Part shown: piece after piece, positions 8,023 through 17,295 of the stretch
How positions within the stretch are numbered: the first letter of the stretch is position 1
Layout of the letters: the number at the start of each line of letters is the position of its first letter
Source of the DNA: an uncultured Aquificales bacterium
GTDB lineage: Bacteria > Thermosulfidibacterota > Thermosulfidibacteria > Thermosulfidibacterales > Thermosulfidibacteraceae
Reading direction: 5' to 3'
Assembly (NCBI GenBank): GCA_964411615.1
Contig: CAYPLO010000027.1
Location: 1-22,135, forward strand
Length of the DNA: 22,135 nt
Position numbers and translations under genes: made by a program
Notes under the pieces: model-generated
Told to the model about the DNA's origin: nothing
Seen by the model: the letters and a program-made list of their open reading frames with translations, nothing else
Databases searched by the model: none

Positions 8023-9827
8023 GAAGGTTTGTCCTGTCTTTTGTGTTCCTCCTCTGTGCCGGTGTCTCCTGGGCGGTCTCCCCTGCAAAACTCAAGGATA
8101 TTGCCGGGCTTATAAACTCCCTCTTTCCCCCTGTTGAGGGCTTTGTTGTGGGGGTGAAGGGGGACCTCGCCGTTATAGATTTGGGTTCCAAGAACAGGGT
8201 TTACAGGGGTATGGTCCTTACCGTCTCCGAGAAGGGACAGCCCTTCAGGAACCCCATAACCGGCGAGATAATAGGCTACACCGAGAGGGTTGTTGGTTAT
8301 CTTCAGGTTCTTGAGACCTACCCCTACGCCTCCCTTACCAGGGTCTATCCCCTTCCCGGAGCTGTTGTTAAAGCTGGCGATATAGTCCGCATAACCAGGG
8401 CCAAGGTAAACCTGTTTATCTTTCCCATAGTTGACAACACCGGTGAGGGTTTCAACATCCTTGCCTTCTCCGATAGCTTGAGAAAGCATCTGGAGAAGAC
8501 GGGCCGTTTTAACGTTATGGGTGAGGAGCGGGTGATTCAGGAGGTCTCCGCCTACAAGGGCGGCTACCAGGAGGAGGGGCTTCTTCTTCTGTTCAACAGA
8601 CTTTACAGGGAGAAATACGAGGCCTTCTTTGCCCTCTACGGAAGGATAGAGAAGGAGGGTAATAGCTACTTCTTCACCGGCTCCGTCTACTGTCTGAACA
8701 TAGGAAAGAAGGTGAGGGGATTCAGGGTGTACCTGGGTGAGGCCGGGTGGAGACCCTCCTTTGAGGAGGAGGTGGTTTACGCCTCTGCTCCCCAGGAGGG
8801 CAGAGGCTACACCCTGTCGGTGGGAGATGTAAATGGGGACGGTGTCTCCGATGTGGTCTATGTGGTTGATAACGTTGTGCATATCGTATCATACAGCAGG
8901 GATAAGAGGGTCTTCTACGAGCTTGGCAGCTTTAAGGTGCCCATAACCTTCAAGGTTTTTAATGCCGATTTGGTGGATATTGACGGAGACGGAAAGGCCG
9001 AACTTTTGCTTTTGGGAAGCGATGTGAAGGACTTTTCCGTGAGCACCATAATATACAGGTGGGCCGGTGGCTCTTACAGAAAGGTGGAGAAGGTTGATGA
9101 GTACTTCCTGAAGGCCTATCGGCTCTCCAGCGGGACAGGGGGTGTGGCCCAGTACATCTTCAAGGAGGACCCCCTCTCCATTCCCCCGTACAGGGCCGAG
9201 TTTAAGGGTTTGAAGTTTGAGAAGGGAAAGGGGATTGAGTGGCTCAAAGGGGACCTTATCCTTGGGGCTTCCTTCTTTGATGCCAACGGTGACGGTGTGG
9301 CCGATATCCTTGTGAATGAGGATGGTAGGGTGGTCCTGAAGGATGGGAGAACGGGGGAGGTCCTTTCCGACCTTGTGGGGGATTACGGTAACACCGGCTA
9401 CGCCTTCTTCTACAGGGAGCCTCAGGTTAAGGTCTTCTACGAGGGGGAGGGGTTCCTTGAGATAAGTAAGGAGGACTACGCCAGGTTCAAGGAGCTCACC
9501 CTCACCGTTCCCGGAAGGATTGCCGTTTATACCGGTGGGGAACATCCCTTTGTTGCCGTGTTCAAGAACAAGCCCTTTGTCTGGGGTGCCTTCTTTGACC
9601 CCTTCAAATCGGGGACCGTTAAGCTCTACAGGTGGAACAACGGGTACTTTGAGGATACGGGGTGGGTGAGGACCCTTCCGGAGGGGATAGAGGATGTGGC
9701 TCTGGCCGATGTGGATGGGGATGGGAGGGTGGACGTTGTGCTTCTCACGGTCAGGGGGGTGAGGACCAGGAAGGAAGGGTTGAAGTTCAACACCAGGTTG
9801 GTTATTTACAGGGGGCCGGGTGCTTAG
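8019..9827 (+). CDS. Secreted FG-GAP/VCBS-repeat (beta-propeller) protein with FlgT-C-like and CsgG/TolB-N-like N-terminal domains
   Basis: Signal peptide [19 protein letters not shown]; four Dx[D/N]GDG Ca-binding motifs (GDVNGDG, DIDGDG, DANGDG, DVDGDG); IDLGS...NPITGEIIG pattern; ATGA overlap with fabZ and GGAGAGGAG RBS. Confidence 0.8.
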   Translation: MRRFVLSFVFLLCAGVSWAVSPAKLKDIAGLINSLFPPVEGFVVGVKGDLAVIDLGSKNRVYRGMVLTVSEKGQPFRNPITGEIIGYTERVVGYLQVLETYPYASLTRVYPLPGAVVKAGDIVRITRAKVNLFIFPIVDNTGEGFNILAFSDSLRKHLEKTGRFNVMGEERVIQEVSAYKGGYQEEGLLLLFNRLYREKYEAFFALYGRIEKEGNSYFFTGSVYCLNIGKKVRGFRVYLGEAGWRPSFEEEVVYASAPQEGRGYTLSVGDVNGDGVSDVVYVVDNVVHIVSYSRDKRVFYELGSFKVPITFKVFNADLVDIDGDGKAELLLLGSDVKDFSVSTIIYRWAGGSYRKVEKVDEYFLKAYRLSSGTGGVAQYIFKEDPLSIPPYRAEFKGLKFEKGKGIEWLKGDLILGASFFDANGDGVADILVNEDGRVVLKDGRTGEVLSDLVGDYGNTGYAFFYREPQVKVFYEGEGFLEISKEDYARFKELTLTVPGRIAVYTGGEHPFVAVFKNKPFVWGAFFDPFKSGTVKLYRWNNGYFEDTGWVRTLPEGIEDVALADVDGDGRVDVVLLTVRGVRTRKEGLKFNTRLVIYRGPGA

Positions 9828-9874
9828 CACCCTCTCTCCGGGCTGTACCCGGGGATAAAAATCCATGGGGGTGT
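9827..9874 (+). promoter_or_regulatory. Putative S6:S18-binding ribosomal protein leader RNA upstream of rpsF
   Basis: GCACCCTC (9827-9834) can pair with GGGGGTGT (9867-9874), covering the rpsF SD. Inner hairpin CCGGG-CTGTA-CCCGG; CCG at 9838-9840. Position matches known rpsF-ssb-rpsR leaders. Confidence 0.5.
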
Positions 9875-9877
9875 GGT

Positions 9878-10204
9878 ATGGAGAAGAGGTGTTACGAGTC
9901 CGTTGTGGTCTTCGTTCCTGAGCTTACCGACCAGGAGCTTGAGGAGCAGATTGAGTGGGTTAAGGGGCTGATTGAGAAGAATGAGGGTCAGGTCCTCAAG
10001 ATTGACAGGTGGGGAAAGCGCAAGCTCGCCTACGAGATTGAGAAGAAGAAGGAGGCCTACTACGTTCTGTTCCTCTTCTGGGGCAGTCCCAGCACCGTTG
10101 AGAACGTTGAGGCCCAGTACAGGCTGAACCACAACATCATCCGGTATCTGTCCGTGAAGAGGAAGGACCGGGAGTGTGAGCAGGAGCAGCCCAAAGAGGA
10201 GTAG
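9878..10204 (+). CDS. rpsF: 30S ribosomal protein S6
   Basis: YESVVVFVP, WGKRKLAYEI and IIRYL motifs. True start is ATG 9878 (the ORF track over-extends to 9662). Confidence 0.96.
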   Translation: MEKRCYESVVVFVPELTDQELEEQIEWVKGLIEKNEGQVLKIDRWGKRKLAYEIEKKKEAYYVLFLFWGSPSTVENVEAQYRLNHNIIRYLSVKRKDRECEQEQPKEE

Positions 10205-10206
10205 GC

Positions 10207-10611
10207 ATGGCGGTATTCATTAACAAGGTCTTTCTGGCGGGGAACCTCACCAGGGACCCTGAGCTGAGGTATATGCCCTCCGGTATGCCCGTTGCCAACT
10301 TCAGGCTGGCCGTCAATCGCAGGTACAGGAACAAGAGCGGCGAGGAGGTGGAGGAGACCTGCTTTATAGATGTTGTGGTCTACGGGAAGATGGCGGAGGT
10401 GTGCAACGAGTACCTCAGCAAGGGTCGCAATGTGCTGGTTGAGGGAAGGCTCAGGCTTGAGACCTGGGAGACTGATGCGGGCAAGAGAAGCAAGCACGTT
10501 GTGGTGGCGGATACGGTCAAGTTCCTTGGCGGAAGGGATGTTAAAGAGGATGTGGTAAAGCCCGACGTGTCTGATGTTGAGCTTGAAGAGGATGACGAGT
10601 TTCCATTCTGA
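10207..10611 (+). CDS. ssb: Single-stranded DNA-binding protein
   Basis: INKVFLAGNLTRDPELRY, KGRNVLVEGRL, acidic C-terminal tip DDEFPF. Confidence 0.97.
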   Translation: MAVFINKVFLAGNLTRDPELRYMPSGMPVANFRLAVNRRYRNKSGEEVEETCFIDVVVYGKMAEVCNEYLSKGRNVLVEGRLRLETWETDAGKRSKHVVVADTVKFLGGRDVKEDVVKPDVSDVELEEDDEFPF

Positions 10612-10634
10612 AAAAACCTTAGGGAGGTATGGAG

Positions 10635-10868
10635 ATGGCGGATGCCAATAGAAGGAGATTTGTCAGGAAGAAGGTATGCAGGTTCTGTGCCGAGGGTGTG
10701 GAGGAGATAGACTACAAGAACGTGGATGTTCTTAAGAACTACCTCAGTGAGAGGGGGAAGATTCTTCCCAGGAGGATGACCTTCGTATGTGCCAAGCACC
10801 AGAGGCAGCTTGCCAGGGCCATAAAGAGGGCGAGGATTCTGGCCCTTCTTCCCTTTGTTGTGAGGTAG
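10635..10868 (+). CDS. rpsR: 30S ribosomal protein S18 (Zn-binding C+ form)
   Basis: [25 protein letters not shown] and [13 protein letters not shown] spacing favours ATG 10635 over 10629. Confidence 0.97.
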   Translation: MADANRRRFVRKKVCRFCAEGVEEIDYKNVDVLKNYLSERGKILPRRMTFVCAKHQRQLARAIKRARILALLPFVVR

Positions 10869-10878
10869 GGGGTGGGGC

Positions 10879-11451
10879 ATGAGCATGATAGATGCGGCCC
10901 ATGTTAAGACCAACATGAAGCTGGAGATAGACGGGGAGCCCTATCTTGTTGTAGGGGCGGAGCATATAAAACCCGGCAAGGGGCAGGCCTTCTCCAGGAT
11001 AAAGCTGAAGAACCTCCAGACGGGTGCCGTCATAGAGAAGACTTACAAGGCCAATGAGATGCTCAAAATAGCCGACTTTGTCTCCAGAAAGGCCAACTTC
11101 CTCTATGCCCAGGGGGATGAGTACTACTTCATGGACTTGGAGAACTACGAGCAGTACATGATTAAGGAGGAGGCCCTGGGCAGGGACAGGTACTTCCTCA
11201 AGGAGGGGCTTGAGGTTAAGGTGTTGCTCTACAAGAACTCCCCCATAGGGGTTGAGCTTCCCAAGGCGGTGGAGCTTGAGGTGGTGGAGACGGAGCCCGG
11301 AGTCAAGGGGGATACTGCCGCAGGGGGGACAAAGCCTGCCAAGCTTGAGACGGGCTATGTGGTTCAGGTTCCCCTGTTCATCTCTGAAGGGGACGTGGTG
11401 AGGATAGACACCCGCACCGGAGAGTACGTGGAGAGGGTTAAGAGCGGATGA
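10879..11451 (+). CDS. efp: Elongation factor P
   Basis: [31 protein letters not shown] and [10 protein letters not shown] motifs. Confidence 0.97.
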   Translation: MSMIDAAHVKTNMKLEIDGEPYLVVGAEHIKPGKGQAFSRIKLKNLQTGAVIEKTYKANEMLKIADFVSRKANFLYAQGDEYYFMDLENYEQYMIKEEALGRDRYFLKEGLEVKVLLYKNSPIGVELPKAVELEVVETEPGVKGDTAAGGTKPAKLETGYVVQVPLFISEGDVVRIDTRTGEYVERVKSG

Positions 11452-11924
11452 GGGACAGGCTGGACATGGTCTTTGAGCTTATGGAGAAGTTCTCCTCTTT
11501 GGATATATCAAAGCTGGAGTTTGAGTCTGAGGGGTTCAGGCTCTTGCTTGAGAAGGGGACAGGACAGGTGATTCAGCAGGTTGTGCAGCAGCCGGCTTCA
11601 CCGGCCGTTCAGCAGGTGCCTGAGGAGTCTCCTGCAGCCGGTGGAGCTGAGGAGAAGGTTTCGGAGGAGGATTACGGCAACTACGTGGTGATACGCTCAC
11701 CCATTGTGGGCACCTTCTACAGGGCACCGGCCCCCGATGCCCCTCCCTACGTTGAGGTGGGGGATGTTGTGGAGAAGGGGCAGGTGCTCTGCATAGTGGA
11801 GGCCATGAAGATAATGAACGAGATAGAGTCCGATGTGAGGGGCAGGGTGGTGAAGATACTGGTTGAGAACGCCCAGCCTGTGGAGTACGGCCAGCCCCTC
11901 TTCCTCATAGAGCCCTTAGAGTAG
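11448..11924 (+). CDS. accB: Acetyl-CoA carboxylase biotin carboxyl carrier protein
   Basis: [11 protein letters not shown], biotinylation motif EAMKIMNEI, Ala/Pro/Gln-rich linker. Confidence 0.97.
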   Translation: MRDRLDMVFELMEKFSSLDISKLEFESEGFRLLLEKGTGQVIQQVVQQPASPAVQQVPEESPAAGGAEEKVSEEDYGNYVVIRSPIVGTFYRAPAPDAPPYVEVGDVVEKGQVLCIVEAMKIMNEIESDVRGRVVKILVENAQPVEYGQPLFLIEPLE

Positions 11925-11927
11925 CCT

Positions 11928-13259
11928 ATGTTCAGAAAGGTTCTTGTGGCCAACCGGGGGGAGATAGCGGTAAGGATTATCAGAACCCTGAAGGAGATGG
12001 AGATACCCTCGGTTGTGGTCTACTCCGAGGCGGACGCCGATAGTCTCGCCGTCAGATACGCAGATGAGGCGGTCTGCATAGGCCCTCCGGACCCGGCCGG
12101 CAGCTACTTAAACATGCACAATGTACTTTCGGCGGCCGAGATAAAGGGCTGCGATGCCGTGCATCCTGGCTACGGCTTCCTTGCGGAGAACGCCGCCTTT
12201 GCCGAGATGTGCAGGGATTTGGGGGTGAAGTTCATAGGTCCCTCTCCTGAGGTGATAAAGCTCATGGGGGATAAGGTGGCGGCCATTGAGGCGGCTAAAA
12301 AGGCTGGGGTTCCGGTGATTCCCGGAAGTGAGGGGCCGGTTGAGGATGTGGATGAGGCCCTCAAGGTGGCAGAAGAGATAGGCTATCCCGTTCTCATAAA
12401 GGCCGCCGCAGGCGGTGGTGGCAGGGGCATGAGGCTGGTCAAGGGCAGGGAGGAGCTTGAGAGGTTCTTTGAGGCAGCCAGAAGGGAGGCGGAGGCGGGC
12501 TTTGGCGATGCCACCGTCTATATAGAGAAGTTCATAGAGGGTGCAAGGCATATAGAGGTTCAGGTGGTTGGAGATGAGCACGGGAACGTGATTCACCTTG
12601 GGGAGAGGGAGTGTTCCGTTCAGAGAAGGCATCAGAAGCTGCTGGAGGAGTCGCCTGCGGTTATAGACCAGCGGCTGAGAGAATCCCTGTGCAGGGATGC
12701 GGTGAAGCTCGCCAGGAGTGTGGGGTACTGCGGTGCGGGGACCGTTGAGTTTCTCGTTGATGCCGAGGGCAACCACTACTTCATTGAGATGAACACCAGG
12801 ATACAGGTGGAGCATCCCGTTACGGAGATGGTGACGGGGATTGATATAGTGAGGCTTCAGGTCCTTGTGGCCTCTGGGGAGCCGTTGCCCATATCCCAGG
12901 GGGATGTTTCATTCAGGGGGTGGGCCTTGGAGATGAGGGTCAACGCAGAGGACCCTGTCACCTTTGCCCCGTCCCCCGGCAGGATAGAGAGGCTTGTGTG
13001 GCCTGGAGGGTACGGGGTGAGGGTGGATACGGCGGTCTACCAGGGCTACACCATTCCTCCGTACTACGATTCTATGATTGCCAAGCTCATCGTTTACGGG
13101 GAGAACAGGCTTGATGCTATACGAAGGGCCAGAAGGGCCGTTGATGAGTGCATACTTGAGGGGGTGAAGAGCACCCTTCCCCTGCACAGGATGATACTTA
13201 ACCACAAGGACTTCGTTAATGCCGACATCTCCGTCAGCTGGCTTGAGTCCATCCTGTGA
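11928..13259 (+). CDS. accC: Acetyl-CoA carboxylase biotin carboxylase subunit
   Basis: ANRGEIA, HPGYGFLAEN, GGGGRGM, ERECSVQRRHQK, EMNTRIQVEH and YDSMIAK motifs. Confidence 0.97.
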   Translation: MFRKVLVANRGEIAVRIIRTLKEMEIPSVVVYSEADADSLAVRYADEAVCIGPPDPAGSYLNMHNVLSAAEIKGCDAVHPGYGFLAENAAFAEMCRDLGVKFIGPSPEVIKLMGDKVAAIEAAKKAGVPVIPGSEGPVEDVDEALKVAEEIGYPVLIKAAAGGGGRGMRLVKGREELERFFEAARREAEAGFGDATVYIEKFIEGARHIEVQVVGDEHGNVIHLGERECSVQRRHQKLLEESPAVIDQRLRESLCRDAVKLARSVGYCGAGTVEFLVDAEGNHYFIEMNTRIQVEHPVTEMVTGIDIVRLQVLVASGEPLPISQGDVSFRGWALEMRVNAEDPVTFAPSPGRIERLVWPGGYGVRVDTAVYQGYTIPPYYDSMIAKLIVYGENRLDAIRRARRAVDECILEGVKSTLPLHRMILNHKDFVNADISVSWLESIL

Positions 13260-14166
13260 TTGCGTCTTCGTTGTTAAGCTCTCAGCTTTGGGAGATGTTA
13301 TCCACGCACTCCAGGCCTTGTCCTTCCTGGGCAGGATGGGAGTTCCCGTATGGTGGATGACTTCCCGTCGGTATCTGCCACTGGTGGAGAGGGTCGCCTT
13401 TGTGGAGAGGGTCTTTACTCCTGGAGATTTGCCCCGTCTCTTTTTGAGGTTTGAGCAGGCCTTTGACCTACAGGGGTTGCTTAAATCTGCCGTGGTGGCG
13501 AGGTTCGTTGCCAGAAGGGTGGTGGGTTTCTCCTTTTCGAGCCTCAGGGAGCCTCTGGCAGGTTTGCTCTACACATACAGGGTGAAACCTGAGGGTACCC
13601 ATGTGGTTGAGCAGCTGAGGTCTGTTGTTGCAAAGGTCCTCGGGGTTGAGGACGACGGAGATTTCGGCGTGGAGATTGACCTCAGGGGAGTTGAGCTTCC
13701 CTTTGATGTTCCTCGCAAGTTTGCCCTTCTCTTTCCCGGAGCCGGCTGGAGAACCAAGAACCTTTCGGTGGATTGGTGTCTGAGGTTTCTGGGCCTGTGG
13801 CACAGTCACGTGGATATTCCGGTCTTTGTGGTTCCCGGTGTGGGGGATTCTGTGATGCTGCACAGGCTTTCTCCATGGCTTCTCCCTGAGCTGGGGCTCC
13901 TTGAGACCATTTCCCTTGTAAGCAAAAGCGCACTGGTTATCGCTCCCGACACGGGCTTTCTGCATGCTGCCGCCGCTATGGACGTGCCTGCATTGGGGCT
14001 TTACTGCCCCTCCGACCCTGACAGGAACGGTCCCTTCGGTGGTGCCTGTAGGGTTGTGGTGTGCGATAGACCGTGCAGGGGCTGTTTCAAAAGAAGATGC
14101 GTTTCTTTTTGTAACGATTCCATTTCTCCTGAGCTGGTGGTTGAGACTGCGTTGGATTTGTTGTAA
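13219..14166 (+). CDS. Glycosyltransferase family 9 (LPS heptosyltransferase, WaaC/WaaF-like); start uncertain (ATG 13219 or TTG 13243)
   Basis: VKLSALGDVIH, DLQGLLKSA, PGAGWRTK and DTGFLHAAAA motifs; C-terminal Cys cluster. Confidence 0.88.
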   Translation: MPTSPSAGLSPSCDCVFVVKLSALGDVIHALQALSFLGRMGVPVWWMTSRRYLPLVERVAFVERVFTPGDLPRLFLRFEQAFDLQGLLKSAVVARFVARRVVGFSFSSLREPLAGLLYTYRVKPEGTHVVEQLRSVVAKVLGVEDDGDFGVEIDLRGVELPFDVPRKFALLFPGAGWRTKNLSVDWCLRFLGLWHSHVDIPVFVVPGVGDSVMLHRLSPWLLPELGLLETISLVSKSALVIAPDTGFLHAAAAMDVPALGLYCPSDPDRNGPFGGACRVVVCDRPCRGCFKRRCVSFCNDSISPELVVETALDLL

Positions 14167-14186
14167 TCTGCCCCAGGAGGGTATCC

Positions 14187-15290
14187 ATGAAGTTCATAGA
14201 CCTGTCCGCTCAGTACAGACGTATGGCCGAGGCCATTGACGGTGCTATAAAAAGGGTTTTGGAATCGTCTCAGTTTATACTGGGTCCCGAGGTGGAGGCC
14301 TTTGAGCAGGAGATTGCATCCTACGTGGGGGTCTCATATGCCGTCTCCTGCGCCTCGGGCACCGATGCCCTGATGCTATCCCTTATGGCCATCGGTGTGG
14401 GGCCGGGAGACGAGGTGATAGTCCCCGCCTTCAGCTTCTTTGCCACGGCGGAGGTTGTGGCCCTTCTGGGGGCTAAACCGGTCTTCGTGGATATAGAGCC
14501 TGACACCTACAACATAGACCCTGTCCTTGTTAGGGACGCCATAACGGACAGGACGAAGGCCATTATCGCCGTGAGCCTCTACGGCCAGTGTGCGGAGCTT
14601 CTGGTGCTGAAGGATATGGCAGAGGAGCACGGTATATGCCTCATAGAGGATGCGGCACAGTCCATGGGCGCTGTGCACAAGGGGCTGAAGTCCTGTTCCA
14701 TAGCCCATCTATCCGCCACTTCCTTCTTTCCGGCAAAGCCCCTGGGGTGCTACGGGGATGGGGGATGTGTGTTCACGGATGATGGGGATTTGGCCTTTAA
14801 GTTGAGGAGCCTTAGAAACCACGGCCAGGTGGAGAGGTACAGGCACAGGTATATAGGCCTGAACTCCCGTCTTGACGCCATACAGGCTGCCGTTCTCAGG
14901 GAGAAGCTTAAGGTGTTTCCACAGGAGGTTGAGCTGAGGCAGGTGGTTGCGGGAAGGTACGATGCCCTCCTTGAGGAGAAGGGTATAGAGCCTCCCAAGG
15001 TGAGGGACTACAACATTTCTGTGTACGCCCAGTACACGGTGAGGGTGCCCAGCAGGGATGCGGTGGTGAGGTTCCTTTCGGATAACGGCATACCCACCGC
15101 CGTCCACTATCCTGTTCCCATGCCCTATCAGGAGGCCTTTGGATATCTCGGTTATGAGCCCGGAAGCTTCCCCGTGGCTGAGAGGGCGTCTGAGGAGGTT
15201 CTCAGTCTGCCCTTTCACCCCTACATGAGCATTGAGGACCAGGTGAGGGTGGTGGAGGCCCTCGCCGAGGCCCTTGAGCTATTCTCTTAG
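14187..15290 (+). CDS. DegT/DnrJ/EryC1/StrS PLP-dependent sugar aminotransferase (WbpE/GnnB-like 3-aminotransferase)
   Basis: SGTDAL, IEDAAQS, SFFPAKPLGCYGDGG (PLP lysine), GLNSRLD and VHYP motifs. RBS AGGAGG. Confidence 0.92.
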   Translation: MKFIDLSAQYRRMAEAIDGAIKRVLESSQFILGPEVEAFEQEIASYVGVSYAVSCASGTDALMLSLMAIGVGPGDEVIVPAFSFFATAEVVALLGAKPVFVDIEPDTYNIDPVLVRDAITDRTKAIIAVSLYGQCAELLVLKDMAEEHGICLIEDAAQSMGAVHKGLKSCSIAHLSATSFFPAKPLGCYGDGGCVFTDDGDLAFKLRSLRNHGQVERYRHRYIGLNSRLDAIQAAVLREKLKVFPQEVELRQVVAGRYDALLEEKGIEPPKVRDYNISVYAQYTVRVPSRDAVVRFLSDNGIPTAVHYPVPMPYQEAFGYLGYEPGSFPVAERASEEVLSLPFHPYMSIEDQVRVVEALAEALELFS

Positions 15291-15305
15291 GCGGGAGGTG
15301 TGGTG

Positions 15306-17027
15306 ATGCTGGTGAGTTTTCTGGTTATCGTAGGTCTTCTGCTTTACGTTGTTCTTTACTTTGTCTACGGCAGGTACTTGGCAAGGGATGTGGTGAGGGT
15401 GACGGATGAGCCTACCCCTGCTGTGAGGCTTTACGACGGTGTGGATTTTGTCCCTGCCAACAAGTATGTGCTCTTCGGACACCACTTCGCCTCCGTTGCC
15501 GGAGCTGCCCCCATTGTGGGACCTGCCATAGGTATAGCCTGGGGATGGGCACCGGCCTTGCTCTGGGTGTGGTTGGGAAACGCCTTTATAGGAGCCGTCC
15601 ACGATTACCTCTCCCTCATGAGCTCCGTTAGATACGATGGCCATTCGGTCCAGTGGATAGCGGGTAGGGTGATTAAGCAGAGGACCCGCTACATATTTGC
15701 CGTTTTCATCTTCTTCGTTCTGATTCTTGTGGTGGCGGCCTTTGGTGCGGTTCTTGGTAAGGTGTTTATAAAGCAGCCAGCCGTTCCCACGGCCTATCTC
15801 ATAAAGATAGTGGGAGCTTTTATACTCGGTGCCCTTCTCTACAGGCTCAGGGTTCCTCTGGCTGTGGGTACCCTCTTCGCCATAGTCTGGCTTGCAGGCT
15901 CCATATTCTTTGGCAAAGCCTTTCCCATAAAGGCCACCTACCAGGTCTGGATGGTGGTCTTCTTCTTCTACATCATCATAGCCTCCGCCATACCCGTTCA
16001 CATTCTTCTCCAGCCCAGGGACTACATGAACGCGTGGCTCCTTGTGGGTGGACTTGTGCTTGGTGGGGTTGCCCTTATACTCTCGCCCGCCAAGGCTTCC
16101 CTTCCCGCCTTTGCCAGCTTCTCCCCTAAGATTGTGGCCGGTCAGCCTTCCCCCTTCTGGCCTGTGGTGGTTCTGATAATCGCCTGCGGCTCCCTTTCCG
16201 GATTCCACTCCCTTGTGGCCTCTGGAACCTCCTCAAAGCAGCTGTCAAAGGAGGAGGAGGGTCTCTTTGTGGGATACGGGGGTATGCTGGCTGAGGGTTT
16301 CCTGTCCACCATAGTTGTGGCCTCCATAGTTGGGTACGGCCTCAAGGTGCTGTCCCCCGATATGGCCGCAAAGGTGAAGCAGGCCTACGCCGCCAACATC
16401 CTCAAGGCTGAGAAGAGCGTTGGGGGGCCCGTTGGCTTCTTCTCAAAGTCCTATGGAACCGCCGTCCATGAGGTTCTGGGGCTTCCCAAGGACTTTATGG
16501 TTATACTTGCCTCCATGTGGGTTGCAGCCTTTGCCATGACCACCCTTGATACCACCAACAGGCTGGCAAGGTACACCCTTACCGAGCTCTTTGAGCCCCT
16601 GGAGAGGGTGTCTGAGGGTCTCTACAACTTTCTCACAAACAGGTGGGTGGCCTCTGTGATTCCCGCCTTCATAGGGATTGCCCTTGCCTGGACCGGTGCA
16701 TGGACGGTTATATGGCCCGCCTTCGGAGGTGCCAACCAGATGCTGGCATCAATAGCCCTCCTCACCGCTGCCGCCTGGGTGATGAGGGTCCAGAGGTCAA
16801 GGGGGGCCATGGTGGTGGTACCAGCCCTCTTTCTGTGGTTTACCGTTACTTCGGCTTTGGTGTGGTATCTGTACAAGGCCATACCTGTGTTCATGCACAA
16901 GAGCCCTGTTAGAGCATACGTGCTTGGTGGGTTTGTGCTCATAATGCTCCTTTTAAACCTGATTCTCATATTTGACTTCTTCACCTCTAAGCCTGAGGAG
17001 GTGGCGGTCTCCTATGAGTCTGAGTGA
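15306..17027 (+). CDS. cstA: Carbon starvation protein A family transporter (peptide/pyruvate)
   Basis: TPA...DGVDFVP, VLFGHHFASVAGAAPIVGP, GAVHD, LLQPRDY, IACGSLSGFHSLVASGTSSKQL, GYGGMLAEG, TTLDT and WPAFGGANQ; many TM segments. Start is 15300, 15303 or 15306. Confidence 0.95.
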   Translation: MLVSFLVIVGLLLYVVLYFVYGRYLARDVVRVTDEPTPAVRLYDGVDFVPANKYVLFGHHFASVAGAAPIVGPAIGIAWGWAPALLWVWLGNAFIGAVHDYLSLMSSVRYDGHSVQWIAGRVIKQRTRYIFAVFIFFVLILVVAAFGAVLGKVFIKQPAVPTAYLIKIVGAFILGALLYRLRVPLAVGTLFAIVWLAGSIFFGKAFPIKATYQVWMVVFFFYIIIASAIPVHILLQPRDYMNAWLLVGGLVLGGVALILSPAKASLPAFASFSPKIVAGQPSPFWPVVVLIIACGSLSGFHSLVASGTSSKQLSKEEEGLFVGYGGMLAEGFLSTIVVASIVGYGLKVLSPDMAAKVKQAYAANILKAEKSVGGPVGFFSKSYGTAVHEVLGLPKDFMVILASMWVAAFAMTTLDTTNRLARYTLTELFEPLERVSEGLYNFLTNRWVASVIPAFIGIALAWTGAWTVIWPAFGGANQMLASIALLTAAAWVMRVQRSRGAMVVVPALFLWFTVTSALVWYLYKAIPVFMHKSPVRAYVLGGFVLIMLLLNLILIFDFFTSKPEEVAVSYESE

Positions 17028-17295
17028 CTGGCTGGACAGGATTAAGTTGCTGCTAAGGGGTGTAAAGGAGGGGATAGAGGCGAGAAGCGTTGGGGTGCTT
17101 GAGGAGGAGCTGAAGGAGCTGGAGGGGGCCTACGCCCTTCTGCTCCTCGGCTCCTTTCTGGGACTTCCCTCCCCTCCCTCCTTCGTTGGGCTCTCTCTCA
17201 TGCCTTACTTGGAGAGGGAGATGATAGTTGCCCTGGGCCGCAGCAGGTACTTGGGTGATGCTGCCGCCTTCTGGTTTGAGATAGCGGACATATGA
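17014..17295 (+). CDS. Small CstA-associated membrane protein (93 aa; resembles the small proteins found between cstA and ArsA-family ATPases)
   Basis: RBS GAGGAGG; overlaps cstA by 14 nt and the ATPase by ATGA. Sequence EELKELEGAYALLLLGSFLGLPSPPSFVGLSLMPYLERE contains a hydrophobic hairpin with a GLPSP turn. Confidence 0.8.
   Translation: MSLSDWLDRIKLLLRGVKEGIEARSVGVLEEELKELEGAYALLLLGSFLGLPSPPSFVGLSLMPYLEREMIVALGRSRYLGDAAAFWFEIADI

Noticed and set aside
9835..9864. Hairpin after the FG-GAP gene as a plus-strand intrinsic terminator
   Set aside because: No U-tract follows (it is followed by ATAAAAAT); better explained as part of the rpsF leader.
9662..9877. N-terminal extension of S6 in the ORF track
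   Set aside because: Overlaps the upstream gene and leader; S6 homology and the SD start at ATG 9878.
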